DNA of 60,095 nt from Flavobacterium sp. (GTDB taxonomy: Bacteria; Bacteroidota; Bacteroidia; Flavobacteriales; Flavobacteriaceae): assembly GCA_039933615.1 (NCBI GenBank), contig JBDTNT010000169.1, positions 1 through 60,095 on the forward strand. Reading direction: 5' to 3'. Both the position numbers and the translations under genes were made by a program. This document shows positions 36,696 through 47,354 of the stretch, one piece after another. The notes under the pieces are model-generated. The model was given only the letters and a program-made list of their open reading frames with translations. It did not search any database and was not told the origin of the DNA. Position 1 is the stretch's first letter. Each line of letters opens with the position of its first letter.

Positions 36696-36800
36696 ATTGT
36701 TTACCAAGAGAAATAACTAATTTCATTTTTTGATTTTCGTATAAAAACATCTTTCTTTTCAGAAAGATGTTTTATGTATTTTATTCCCTTAAATCTTTTT

Positions 36801-39065
36801 TTACTTTAGTAAAAAGTCTTTTTTAAGGTTGGCAATCTGAACCGTGAAAGTTCCTTTTTCAGAAATCCATTTTAGGTCTTCATTTACAAATTGCAAATCT
36901 TTCTGGTTTAAGGTAAATTTTACCGTTTTGGTTTCGTTAGGCTCTAAACTAATTTTATCAAATCTTTTTAGCGCTTTCACTTCCGGTGTTATTGAAGCGA
37001 AATTGTCGGACAGATATAATAAAATGGCTTCTTTACCGGCTCTTTTTCCAGCATTGGTAACATCAACGGTAACCTGTACTTCTTCCGTATTGCTGATTTC
37101 TGTTTTGTCGATTTTTAAATTTGAATAATTGAAAGTCGTATAGGATAATCCGCTTCCAAATTCAAATTGAGGTGAATAGCTTTTCTCGTATTTCGCATCA
37201 TTATTCTGCTCTTCGTCAGCTAAACTTTCAGTATATTTCCTATTGTATTTTTCTAATGAATTTGGATATCTTGGGTAGTTATAAGGCAATCTTCCGCTTG
37301 GATTTACGTCTCCGTATAGAATATCAACCAATGCTCTTGCTCCTTCATTTCCAGGCAAATAACATTGTAACACAGCACTCATTTTGTCTTCAAAATCACT
37401 GATTAACCTTGGTCTTCCTTCATTCAAAACCAAAATAACCGGCTTGTTTAGTTTTGCTAATGCCAAAGCTAATTTTATCTGAGATTTACTCATAAAAATA
37501 TTACTGATGTCTCCGGGAGTTTCTGTGTAATTTTTCTCTCCAAGGCACAATACAATTTTCGAAGCAGATTTTGCAAGTTCTACTGCTTTTTGAATTTCGG
37601 CTTCATCTTCTTTTTCAATGTCAGTTCCGGGCGTATACAATACATTTTCTTTTCCCAGTTTAGCCTGAAAAGCTTCCAGGATCGTTAGCTTTTCAGCTGC
37701 ATAAGTATCGGAATTTTCACCTTGCCAATTGTAAGACCAGCCTCCGTTCAGGTTTTTCATACTGTTTGCCGTTGCACCGGTTACAAGGATTTTTTCGCTT
37801 TTGTTTAATGGCAAAACGGCATCCTTATTTTTCAATAATGTAATCGATTCGGCAGCTGTTTTATAAGCTTCCTGAATGTGCTCTGCTGAACCAAATTTTG
37901 GATAGTCTTTTAAATTGGCTACTGTATTCTGGAATAAGTTCAATTCGAATTTCATTCTCAAAATTCTGGTCACAGCATCATCAATACGGGACATTGGAAC
38001 TTCTCCTTTTTTTACCAGATCAACTAAATCTGTATAAAAAGTAAATTCTTCCGGCACCATACTCATATCGATTCCTGCCATAACAGCGATACGAACGGCA
38101 TCTCTTTTGGTTTCGGCAACTTTGTGCCTTGTATTCAGGTAAATAATATCTTTCCAGTCTGTTACGACAACGCCTTCAAAACCTAATTCGTTTTTAAGGA
38201 TATCTGTAATTAAATGTTTACTGGAATGTACCGGAGTTCCGTTAATTTCACCCGAACTTACCATTACACTTTTAGCTCCTGCTTTTATAGCGGCCTGATA
38301 AATCGTCAGATCATATTGTCTTAAAGTCCGTTCAGGGATAATACTTGGTGTTCTGTCTTTTCCGGTTGTTGTACTTCCATAACCGATATAGTGTTTCATA
38401 CAAGATGCTACACTGTATTTTGAAGCTACATTACTTCCTTCAAAACCATCTACTAAAGCAACAGCCATTTTTGAAGATAAATAGGCATCTTCACCAAATG
38501 ATTCCCACATTCTTGACCATGCCGGGTTTCTTGGAAAATCTAAATCCGGAGAAAAAACCCACGGAATTGATGATGCTCTGGTTTCGTAAGCCGAAATTTC
38601 AGCACCACGTTTCACTAACTCGGTATTAAAAGTTGCAGCCAAACCAATTTGCTGTGGAAATAATGTTGCTCCTGCGGTATAACTCGCTCCATGTATCGCA
38701 TCAATACCATACAATATCGGAATTTTAAGCCTTGATTTATTAGCTTCGTTTGTAATAGCAGTCATTGTTTCCTGCCATCTTTGCAGAGTTGGTGCTCCCG
38801 GATTTGGTACATTCAAAATAGAACCAATATGATAATCCTGAATTCCCTGTTTTAATTTAGCGGCATCAAAATATCCCGGTTTTTTAGGATCTTCAAAAAT
38901 AGTAACCGTAATCTGAGTCATTTGACCCACTTTTTCTTCCAATGTCATTTTAGACAATAATTCAGAAACCTTAGCATCTATTTCTGCTCTTGTTTTTTTG
39001 GCTTCCTGACTCCATGTTGCTCCACAAAAAAGGAAGGCAATCACTAGAAACTTTATGTTTTTCAT
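36801..39065 (-). CDS. GH3 beta-glucosidase
   Basis: DAIHG, KHYIGY, VVTDW and E..YTE.PG motifs; signal peptide. Confidence 0.93.
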   Translation of the reverse strand: MKNIKFLVIAFLFCGATWSQEAKKTRAEIDAKVSELLSKMTLEEKVGQMTQITVTIFEDPKKPGYFDAAKLKQGIQDYHIGSILNVPNPGAPTLQRWQETMTAITNEANKSRLKIPILYGIDAIHGASYTAGATLFPQQIGLAATFNTELVKRGAEISAYETRASSIPWVFSPDLDFPRNPAWSRMWESFGEDAYLSSKMAVALVDGFEGSNVASKYSVASCMKHYIGYGSTTTGKDRTPSIIPERTLRQYDLTIYQAAIKAGAKSVMVSSGEINGTPVHSSKHLITDILKNELGFEGVVVTDWKDIIYLNTRHKVAETKRDAVRIAVMAGIDMSMVPEEFTFYTDLVDLVKKGEVPMSRIDDAVTRILRMKFELNLFQNTVANLKDYPKFGSAEHIQEAYKTAAESITLLKNKDAVLPLNKSEKILVTGATANSMKNLNGGWSYNWQGENSDTYAAEKLTILEAFQAKLGKENVLYTPGTDIEKEDEAEIQKAVELAKSASKIVLCLGEKNYTETPGDISNIFMSKSQIKLALALAKLNKPVILVLNEGRPRLISDFEDKMSAVLQCYLPGNEGARALVDILYGDVNPSGRLPYNYPRYPNSLEKYNRKYTESLADEEQNNDAKYEKSYSPQFEFGSGLSYTTFNYSNLKIDKTEISNTEEVQVTVDVTNAGKRAGKEAILLYLSDNFASITPEVKALKRFDKISLEPNETKTVKFTLNQKDLQFVNEDLKWISEKGTFTVQIANLKKDFLLK

Positions 39066-39098
39066 TTTATCTTTTTATTAATATCTTATTAAAATACT

Positions 39099-40568
39099 CT
39101 AGTAAACTAGAGTCTGCATGGCATGTGCCGGTATTGTAATGGTATTTTTTGCCGCATCAATTATGATTTCATACACTACTTCCTTGTCCGATTGGTTCAT
39201 AACAATTGTTGCAATTTTTCCATCAGTATTCAAAAAAGAGGTGCTTAGTAAACTTTTATCACTTGTCGTATTGCTAATTCTTTTTGCTCCCGGCTGGATA
39301 AATTTTGATAAGTGACCAATGTAATAATACATAGGAGTGTAGATCAATTCGTCTTTTGCTGTATCTGCATGAATTGGTGCGAAACAAAAATTGCCTACAT
39401 GATTTGGACCTCCATTTTGGTCCAGAAGAATATTCCAGTCTGTCCAGCCTACGGTTCCGTTATTAAAATCATTGATCATATTGATTCCGTATCGTTCTGC
39501 ATTTCCCCAAAACTGAAACTTCGCTGCATCAAATTTTTCAATACAACCTTCTGTAAAAAGTAAATTTTTATTCGGAAAAGCTTCGTGAACCTTACCCACA
39601 GATTCAAATTTTGGAGTTCCGCCGTTCCATGTTTCATACCAGTGAAATCCGATTCCCCAGGCATATTTTGAAACTTCAGGATCTGAGAAAACCAGATTGG
39701 CTCTTTTTTCCAGCATATCTCCACGATTGTGATCCCAGATAATAATGTTTTTAGAACCCAGTCCATCCTTTTGTAATGTTGGTCCAAGAAAGTTTTTCAG
39801 AAAATCTCTTTCGGCTTCCGGATTATAAATACAGGATTCCCAACTTTGGCTGGCCATTGGTTCATTTTGAATGGTGAGTCCCCAAACAGGAATACCTTCT
39901 TTTTCGTACGCTTTTATAAATTTCGAATAATAATTTGCCCAGGATTGTGCAAATTCAGGTAATAAAACGCCACCGTGCAAAATATCGTGATTGTCTTTCA
40001 TGAAAGCCGGCGGACTCCACGGACTAACAAATAAAGTTAAGTTCCCGCCGGCAGTTTTAATTGCTCTTTTGAGTAATGGGATTCTGTATTTCTTATCGTG
40101 ATCTATACTGAAGGTTTTCAGGTCTTTGTCACCTTCTTCAATATAAGTATAACTTTCACTGCTAAAATCGCAACTATGAATATTGGTTCTGGCTAAAGAA
40201 TAACCGATTCCCTTATTCTTATCATAGTAGGCAGTTAGGAATTCCTGTTGCTTTTTGGGTGATAATTTAGCGAAAACTTCAGCCGTGGCATCCGTAATTG
40301 CCCCACCAATTCCCAGAAAAGTCTGATCTGTTTTTTTACTGTCAATCGTAATTGAAACTTTTGGACTTGTTTGTTTTGAAGCCGCATTTAAGATAAAACT
40401 ATTGGATAACGAAAGTCTTAATTTTGTATTTTCTGCAGTAGTGTAAACTTCAATCTTTTTGTTTGATTTTAATGTAGAGACAGAAGGACTGTCCACAACT
40501 TGTGATGAAGAAAAGCTTAATTGCAGAACTAGTATTGGTGCTATTAAAATTCTTTTTATAGGTTTCAT
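39099..40568 (-). CDS. GH30 (GH30_1-like) glycosidase
   Basis: GIGGAITD, SCDFS, SPWSPP, IQNEP, FTEGC and WTDWN motifs. Confidence 0.9.
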   Translation of the reverse strand: MKPIKRILIAPILVLQLSFSSSQVVDSPSVSTLKSNKKIEVYTTAENTKLRLSLSNSFILNAASKQTSPKVSITIDSKKTDQTFLGIGGAITDATAEVFAKLSPKKQQEFLTAYYDKNKGIGYSLARTNIHSCDFSSESYTYIEEGDKDLKTFSIDHDKKYRIPLLKRAIKTAGGNLTLFVSPWSPPAFMKDNHDILHGGVLLPEFAQSWANYYSKFIKAYEKEGIPVWGLTIQNEPMASQSWESCIYNPEAERDFLKNFLGPTLQKDGLGSKNIIIWDHNRGDMLEKRANLVFSDPEVSKYAWGIGFHWYETWNGGTPKFESVGKVHEAFPNKNLLFTEGCIEKFDAAKFQFWGNAERYGINMINDFNNGTVGWTDWNILLDQNGGPNHVGNFCFAPIHADTAKDELIYTPMYYYIGHLSKFIQPGAKRISNTTSDKSLLSTSFLNTDGKIATIVMNQSDKEVVYEIIIDAAKNTITIPAHAMQTLVY

Positions 40569-40658
40569 TGTACTTTCAGAAAACGTTTTAATTTTAATTA
40601 AAAAAAATGAGGGTTAAAATGGATGATCACATTAACCCTCTAACTAACTCAAAAAATA

Positions 40659-42119
40659 TTAATACACAAGCGTTTGTATTGCATGTGCAGGAATCTTTAC
40701 AATTGCTTGCTCAGTTGCAATGATAAAGTTGTAAGCAATTTCATTATCTGTATTATTCATTACTACAGTTGCCATTTTTCCATCCTTATTTAAAAAAGAA
40801 GTACTAGACAAATAACTGCGGCTTACTGAGGTACTGACTCTAACTGCATCTGGGCGGATGAATTTCGAAAAGTGACCAATATAGTAGTAAGATGGTGTGT
40901 AGATTAATTCCCCTGTAGTCATATCTGCATGTATTGGTGCAAAACAAAAATTACCTACATGGTTTGGTCCTCCAAACTGGTCTAAAAGTATGTTCCAATC
41001 TGTCCATCCAACGGTTCCGTTATTGAAATCGTTAATCATAGAAGTACCATATCTTTCTGCATTTGGCCAGAATTGATATTTTTCGGCATCAAATTTTTCG
41101 ACACAACCTTCTGTAAATAGTAGTTTTTTGTCCGGATATGCTTCATGTACTCTTGCGACATTATCAAACATTGGCTGGGCACCTGTCCAGGTTTCGTACC
41201 AGTGAAAACCTATTCCCCAAACATATTTGGAAGCTTCAGGATCTGATAAAATAACATTTGCCCTTTGTACCATTAGATCACGGTTATGGTCCCAGGCAAT
41301 TATTTTTACATTACCCAGTCCGTCTTTTTTTAAGGTTGGACCCAGAAAATTCTTCAGAAAGTCTCTTTCCTCATCAGCAGTATACAAACAGGATTCCCAT
41401 GTTTGGGTTGCCATTGGCTCATTTTGAACAGAAGTCGCCCAAATTGGAATTCCTTCCTTATTATATGCTTTTATAAATTTTGAATAAAAATTAGCCCATG
41501 TCTGAAAATAATCAGGCAGTAATTTCCCTCCTTTTAGTACGTTTTTATTGCTTTTCATGAAAGCATTTGGCGACCATGGTGTTGCATAAGTAATCATTTT
41601 GCCTCCAGCCGTTTTAATGGCTTCCTTGATCATCGGTATACGATATTTGCGGTCATGATCAATCGAAAATGTTTTTAAATCTTTGTCTCCTTCTTCGATA
41701 TAGGAATAACTACCACTGCTAAAATCAGAACTTTGAATAGTTGTTCTTAGCAATGTATATCCGATTCCTTTTTGTGTATCGTAATAAGCATCTAAAAATT
41801 CAGTTTGTTTTTCTTTTGATAATTTGGCAAAAATTTCGGCACTTGCATCTGTTATTGCACCTCCAATTCCAAGAAAGCTCTGAAATCGTTTTGATGGCTC
41901 CACAAAAACTGATATCTCTGTTTCTATTGGTTGTTTTGATGCTGTAAAACTTAAATTATCTGTAGGGGTTAACCTTAATTTTGTATTGGCTGCTGTAGTA
42001 TAAACAGTAATTTTTTTATTGGTAGTGGTAAATTTTTGTTGTTGTTTTTGGTTTTTCTGTTGTGGAAAAACAGATAATGAAAAACATAAACAAGTAATAA
42101 CAAAGCCGATTTTTTTCAT
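40659..42119 (-). CDS. GH30 (GH30_1-like) glycosidase, paralogue of the adjacent gene
   Basis: Same motifs (VQNEP, FTEGC, WTDWN); start moved to MKKIGF. Confidence 0.9.
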   Translation of the reverse strand: MKKIGFVITCLCFSLSVFPQQKNQKQQQKFTTTNKKITVYTTAANTKLRLTPTDNLSFTASKQPIETEISVFVEPSKRFQSFLGIGGAITDASAEIFAKLSKEKQTEFLDAYYDTQKGIGYTLLRTTIQSSDFSSGSYSYIEEGDKDLKTFSIDHDRKYRIPMIKEAIKTAGGKMITYATPWSPNAFMKSNKNVLKGGKLLPDYFQTWANFYSKFIKAYNKEGIPIWATSVQNEPMATQTWESCLYTADEERDFLKNFLGPTLKKDGLGNVKIIAWDHNRDLMVQRANVILSDPEASKYVWGIGFHWYETWTGAQPMFDNVARVHEAYPDKKLLFTEGCVEKFDAEKYQFWPNAERYGTSMINDFNNGTVGWTDWNILLDQFGGPNHVGNFCFAPIHADMTTGELIYTPSYYYIGHFSKFIRPDAVRVSTSVSRSYLSSTSFLNKDGKMATVVMNNTDNEIAYNFIIATEQAIVKIPAHAIQTLVY

Positions 42120-42323
42120 TGAGTATGTTTTTTTAATAATTGAAGAGTCTGATGAGAAATTCTTAGTCAAATCATATCCGTCCTGATTTAAAAATAGCCC
42201 ATACTCATAATGAATATGGGCTATTAACAACCAAACTTAAACTTAACTTTATACAATAGTAAAGGTTGTTAGAGTAAAAGCTGCTGAACAGCTTTTACTG
42301 CTATCAAATTCTTATTACTATTA

Positions 42324-43865
42324 TTATTGTGGATATCCTGTATTTTGAACCATTTTAGTGTTATTGAATTCACTATATGGAATTGGGAAAGCTTCATTTT
42401 TATTAGCCTGAAATCCTTTGAAAGCTAATTTAGCAGCTGCTTCACCAGTTCTTACTAAATCAAACCAACGGTGACCTTCTCCGGCAAGTTCTAATCTTCT
42501 TTCAGCTAAAATAGCTGGAATAGAAACCGGTACAGATGTTAATCCGGCTCTCAATCTTACAGCATCTAAAAGTGCCTGAGCTCTTGCTCCTGTTCCTCCT
42601 AAAGCTTCAGCTTCTAATAAATAAGTATCTGCCAAACGGATAACATAAGCATTTACACCAAAATTAAGGAAAGGGTTAGTTGCTTTAATATCAGCATTAA
42701 CTACTGCATATTTAATAAAATGATACCCTGTTTCCTGATAACTGTCATCATATTTTATAAGTCCGTTTACGTCATCATTATCAACACCTCTTAACGCACC
42801 CGCATCAAAAATAGTAGAGGCATAACGAGGATCTCCTTGTAAAGCCGTTTGCAATTGTTTTGTCACTACCATGAAGCCCCAACCATTAATATAATCAGGT
42901 AAACCTGCAGTTACACCTAAAGCTTTTCTGGAATAGTTTCTTATTCCACTTAACTGAGCAACAAGGTTTCCTTCATCATCACCTCTTTCAAAATTACCCC
43001 AGTCTGCATTAGATTTATCTGAATAACTGATTTCTAAGATAGATTCTGAATTAAACTTGTTTGCGTGATTCCATAAATCAGCAAAATTAGTCATCAATTT
43101 ATAACCATAGCTGCTTGTCCCTCCAGGAGTTCCGTTAACCTTAGCTAATTCAGCAGCAGCCTCAGGTTTTTTGTTATCGTATAAATATACTTTTCCTAAA
43201 AGTGCAGTCGCTGCTCCCTTACTCAATCTTCCAGACTCATTAGACGGTATCGTTATTGGTAAATCTCCTATTGCCTCGTTTAAATCTTTTTCGATCTGAG
43301 CGTAAACAGCTTCTGGTTTAGCCTGCAAAACGTTAGGAATTTCCTCTTTTGTTAATGGTGCTAAAATCAAAGGAACGTTTTTAAACATTCTAACAAGGTC
43401 AAAATAATAATAGGCACGTAATGCTTTTACTTCAGCCATATATCTTGCTTTCAGTGCTTCATCCATAGGAATCCCGGGAAGTTTTAGCACCATGATGTTA
43501 CATCTCGCTACCCCTTTGTAATAATCTGCCCAGATAGCAGGCGGAATATTTGCAGGACCTATCGAATAATTGGATGCTACCTGAAGTCCAGGCTGATCTG
43601 TTACACCTCCACCACCTGCATAAAAATCATCAGAAGCAGAATTTAAGAACAATAATTGTCCATTTTCCATTGCTCCGGCAAATTTCCCTAATTTGTCATA
43701 CGCAGCAACAAGTCCTGAATAAGCATCTTTTTGATTTTTGTAAAAATTATCTTCATATACTACTCCATCCCCTTTTACCTCTAATTTTTCATCGGTATCG
43801 CACGCCCCAAGTGTCAGCAACACTCCAAAAGCGATTAATGACTGTTTAAAACTTATAAGTTTCAT
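42324..43865 (-). CDS. SusD/RagB family lipoprotein (first pair)
   Basis: Lipobox LGAC; RLADTYLLEAEA and ERRLELAGEGHRWFDL motifs. Confidence 0.95.
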   Translation of the reverse strand: MKLISFKQSLIAFGVLLTLGACDTDEKLEVKGDGVVYEDNFYKNQKDAYSGLVAAYDKLGKFAGAMENGQLLFLNSASDDFYAGGGGVTDQPGLQVASNYSIGPANIPPAIWADYYKGVARCNIMVLKLPGIPMDEALKARYMAEVKALRAYYYFDLVRMFKNVPLILAPLTKEEIPNVLQAKPEAVYAQIEKDLNEAIGDLPITIPSNESGRLSKGAATALLGKVYLYDNKKPEAAAELAKVNGTPGGTSSYGYKLMTNFADLWNHANKFNSESILEISYSDKSNADWGNFERGDDEGNLVAQLSGIRNYSRKALGVTAGLPDYINGWGFMVVTKQLQTALQGDPRYASTIFDAGALRGVDNDDVNGLIKYDDSYQETGYHFIKYAVVNADIKATNPFLNFGVNAYVIRLADTYLLEAEALGGTGARAQALLDAVRLRAGLTSVPVSIPAILAERRLELAGEGHRWFDLVRTGEAAAKLAFKGFQANKNEAFPIPYSEFNNTKMVQNTGYPQ

Positions 43866-43882
43866 AATATCTTTTTTTTAAA

Positions 43883-46800
43883 TTAAAATTGCAAATTTAC
43901 TCCTAACATGTACGATTTCGCCTGAGGATAGTATCCTCTGTCTACACCTTGTACATTGTTCAATCCAGCTGTAGTAGGCCCTCCAATTTCAGGATCATAA
44001 CCAGTATATTTGGTAATTGTCCATAAATTTTCTCCCGTTACATACAATCTTACTTTTTGCAATGAAATACTTTCTATCCATTCTTTTGGAAATGAATATC
44101 CAAGTTGAATTGTTTTAAATCTGAAGAAATCTCCTTTTTGTAAATGAAAATCAGATGGATTACTAAAGTTTTTATTATCATCCTGTGTAGTAACTCTTGG
44201 ATAACTGTTTGTTGATCCCGGTCCTGTCCAACGACCTAAAACATCTGTCTGATAATTTGCATTTGTAATATCAAGTCTTCTTAATCCTTGGTAAATCATA
44301 TTTCCTCCTGCTCCCTGACCGAAAACCAACATATCAAATCCTTTGTAATCTAAGTTCAAAGTAAGTCCATATGTGAATTTAGGTAATGAAGTTCCTAAAA
44401 ATGTTCTGTCACTAGCACTGATGGCACCATCACCATCTAAGTCCTGCCAACGGAAATCTCCCGGTTTAGCATTTGGCTGAATTACCTTTCCTGCAGCATT
44501 TTTATAAGAATCAATTTCTGCCTGAGTCTGAAAAATACCGTTTGTTTTAAATCCGTAGAATGAATTATAAGCCTGACCAACTTGTGTTCTGTTGATTTCA
44601 TAAGAAGTAGATTGAACAGTTTCATCTCCAACTATAAAATTAACTCCTTTATCAATATAGGTAATTTCATTTTTGATATAAGAGAAGTTTCCATTAACTG
44701 AAAGATTTAATGCTCCAATTTTTTTACGGTATCCTAATTCAATATCGATACCTTTATTTTGCATATCAGCTAAGTTAGCATAAGTGTCTCCTGTTGCTCC
44801 AACATATCCCGGAATTGGTACTTTCATTAAGATACCTTCAGTCTTTTTGTTGAATAAATCTACACTTAAATTAAAATCATGAAAAAGTGTTGTTTCAAAA
44901 CCAATGTTAAGTTGTTTTGTCTCTTCCCATTTTAAATCTGGGTTAGGAATTGCATTTGGACTTTGTCCTGTATTTACATTCCCACCAATAGTATAATTTC
45001 TTTGAATTCCAACAGTTGAAATATATAAGAAATCAGGAGAAGAATCATTACCGGTTACACCGTAACCTCCTCTTATTTTTAAAGTATTCACTACATTATT
45101 ATCTCCCCAGAAACCTTCTTTAGAAGGTACCCAGCCTAAAGATACTGAAGGGAAAGTTCCGTATTTATGGTTTGGTCCAAAACGGGTAGAACCATCACGA
45201 CGAAGAATACCGGTAAAAATATATTTCTCTTTGTAATCATAATTTAATCTTGAAAACAATGATTCTACTCTGTGTTCCATTGCTTTTCCGTTATAAGCGT
45301 TAGCCAGTTTGTCAGCAATAGGAATATCAACGTTAAAAGAAGCGTCATCAAATGTAGTTGCCGGAACACCTTGATAAGTGATATCATTACCTGAGGTAAT
45401 ATTATCTATATAAGTTCCTTTTCCAAGTAAGATACCAAAATGATGATCACCAATTTTTTTATCATAATTTAATGTGTTCTCCCAATTCCAGCTGTAACTT
45501 TTTTGATACGATCTGAAAAGTTCATTTTTATCTCTTTTAGTAGCATTATTCAGATAATAAACCGGAGTAAAACTTTCTGAACCAAAATAAGCTAATTTAC
45601 CACCTGCGGTAGATTTGAATTTCAAACCCGGTAAAAGTTCCGCTTCAATAAAAATATTTCCAACGAAGTTATCCGAGAAACTATTATTTCCTAATCTTGT
45701 TTGTGTATAGGCCAATGGATTAGAAGTTTCCTGAGTAACATAACTCGAAATTCCATAGTAATTTCCATTTGCATCTCTAAGAGCATTTGCATTTGCATAA
45801 TTACTATTTCCTGCTGCATCAGCCGGACTTACAAGTACTGGTGTTAAAGGATCTAAGTTAATAGCTGATGATAAAGGCCCTCCAAACTCATCATTAGTAT
45901 TCCCTAAACCAATAGTTTTTTCATGAGAATAACCTAAAGTCTGACCAAGTTTAATGTATTTACCTAATTTATGATTGGAGTTTAAACGGATATTTTTTCT
46001 GTTATAGTTAGAAATATCAGTTGTGATAATCCCCTCCTGATCTGTTAAACCAAAAGACATATAAAAAGTTGATGTATCATTACCACCACTAAAACTTAAC
46101 TCATGAGAGTAACGTTGTGCTTGATTATTAAAAATTTGATCCTGCCAATTTGTTCCTTTTCCAATACTTGCCGGAACAGTAAATCTGTTTGGCGTTCCAC
46201 CATTTACGTTAGCTTCATTTTGGATTGTTGCATATTGCTGAGCATCTAGCAAGTCTAATTTCTTAGAAGCCTGAGATGTTCCTGCAAAACCAGTATAGTT
46301 TACAGAAATTCTTCCCGCTTTACCTTTCTTAGTGGTAACTAGGATAACCCCGGCTGCAGCACGAGAACCGTAGATTGCGCCAGAAGCACCATCTTTAAGT
46401 ACCTCGATAGATTCGATATCAGATTGATTCAGGTATCCTATACCTCCGTTATCAACGATAACACCATCAACTACCCATAAAGGATCATTATTATTTAAGG
46501 TAGTAAAACCACGAATACGTATTGTAGAAGCTGATCCTGGCTGTCCTGCATTTGCTGCAATAGAAACCCCTGAAACCCTTCCTTGTAAAGCTTGTTCTAC
46601 TCTAGTTATAGGTAGACTTTCCAAATCTTTTGCCTTAACACTAGAAATAGACCCCGTTACAACACTTTTCTTCTGTGTACCGTATCCTACAACTACAACT
46701 TCATTTAAGCTTTGAGATTCAGGTTTTAGCCTAATCTCAATTTTAGTTCTTCCGTTTACAGCTTCCTGAACTGTAGTATAACCTACAAAACTAATTGTCA

Positions 46801-47011
46801 AAGTGCCATTTGACGGAGCAGTAATTTGAAACTTTCCATCAAAATCAGAGGCAGCTGCTTTGCTAGTTCCTTTAATTAAGATTGTTGCCCCTGGGACGGG
46901 TAATCCACTTTCATCATTTACAATTCCATTTACCGTAACATCCTGTGCCATTGCGATAACTGAAAACAATAGAGATGAAAAACAAAAAATAAGTAATTTT
47001 GTTAATTTCAT
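43883..47011 (-). CDS. SusC/RagA TonB-dependent transporter (first pair)
   Basis: VVGYGTQKK, LKDGASGAIYGSRAAAGVILVTTK and YTGYDPE motifs; terminal F. Confidence 0.96.
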   Translation of the reverse strand: MKLTKLLIFCFSSLLFSVIAMAQDVTVNGIVNDESGLPVPGATILIKGTSKAAASDFDGKFQITAPSNGTLTISFVGYTTVQEAVNGRTKIEIRLKPESQSLNEVVVVGYGTQKKSVVTGSISSVKAKDLESLPITRVEQALQGRVSGVSIAANAGQPGSASTIRIRGFTTLNNNDPLWVVDGVIVDNGGIGYLNQSDIESIEVLKDGASGAIYGSRAAAGVILVTTKKGKAGRISVNYTGFAGTSQASKKLDLLDAQQYATIQNEANVNGGTPNRFTVPASIGKGTNWQDQIFNNQAQRYSHELSFSGGNDTSTFYMSFGLTDQEGIITTDISNYNRKNIRLNSNHKLGKYIKLGQTLGYSHEKTIGLGNTNDEFGGPLSSAINLDPLTPVLVSPADAAGNSNYANANALRDANGNYYGISSYVTQETSNPLAYTQTRLGNNSFSDNFVGNIFIEAELLPGLKFKSTAGGKLAYFGSESFTPVYYLNNATKRDKNELFRSYQKSYSWNWENTLNYDKKIGDHHFGILLGKGTYIDNITSGNDITYQGVPATTFDDASFNVDIPIADKLANAYNGKAMEHRVESLFSRLNYDYKEKYIFTGILRRDGSTRFGPNHKYGTFPSVSLGWVPSKEGFWGDNNVVNTLKIRGGYGVTGNDSSPDFLYISTVGIQRNYTIGGNVNTGQSPNAIPNPDLKWEETKQLNIGFETTLFHDFNLSVDLFNKKTEGILMKVPIPGYVGATGDTYANLADMQNKGIDIELGYRKKIGALNLSVNGNFSYIKNEITYIDKGVNFIVGDETVQSTSYEINRTQVGQAYNSFYGFKTNGIFQTQAEIDSYKNAAGKVIQPNAKPGDFRWQDLDGDGAISASDRTFLGTSLPKFTYGLTLNLDYKGFDMLVFGQGAGGNMIYQGLRRLDITNANYQTDVLGRWTGPGSTNSYPRVTTQDDNKNFSNPSDFHLQKGDFFRFKTIQLGYSFPKEWIESISLQKVRLYVTGENLWTITKYTGYDPEIGGPTTAGLNNVQGVDRGYYPQAKSYMLGVNLQF

Positions 47012-47090
47012 TTTTCTAAAAATTTTGGTTAATTAATTAGTAATTTGATGCAATAATAAAGTTAAATTTTTACTATTTGTAATTAAAATT

Positions 47091-47147
47091 CATTACAAAA
47101 ACACATCAATATATAAATTCATACATTACAAAAACACATCAATATAT
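47091..47147. repeat. Perfect 24 bp direct repeat in the divergent susC/regulator promoter region
   Basis: CATTACAAAAACACATCAATATAT at 47091-47114 and 47124-47147 (33 bp period). Confidence 0.9.
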
Positions 47148-47354
47148 TTTTATATATTTGATTTTCAATAATTTAATAATAATTTTATATTGTTATAGAA
47201 TTGTTAACTAAATAAAATAAACACTACATTTAGTAAAAATGAATTATTTTCGCTTTTATTAGAAATTTTTCAAAAAAACACAATAAACCATCTGCATTAA
47301 TCAGAAAAAAAGCAGATTATAAAACATTACTAATAAAAATACTGATTTAAAATT

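Noticed and set aside
42120-42230. 37 aa N-terminal extension of the GH30
   Set aside because: It runs through intergenic hairpin sequence; MKKIGF at 42119 begins a typical signal peptide.
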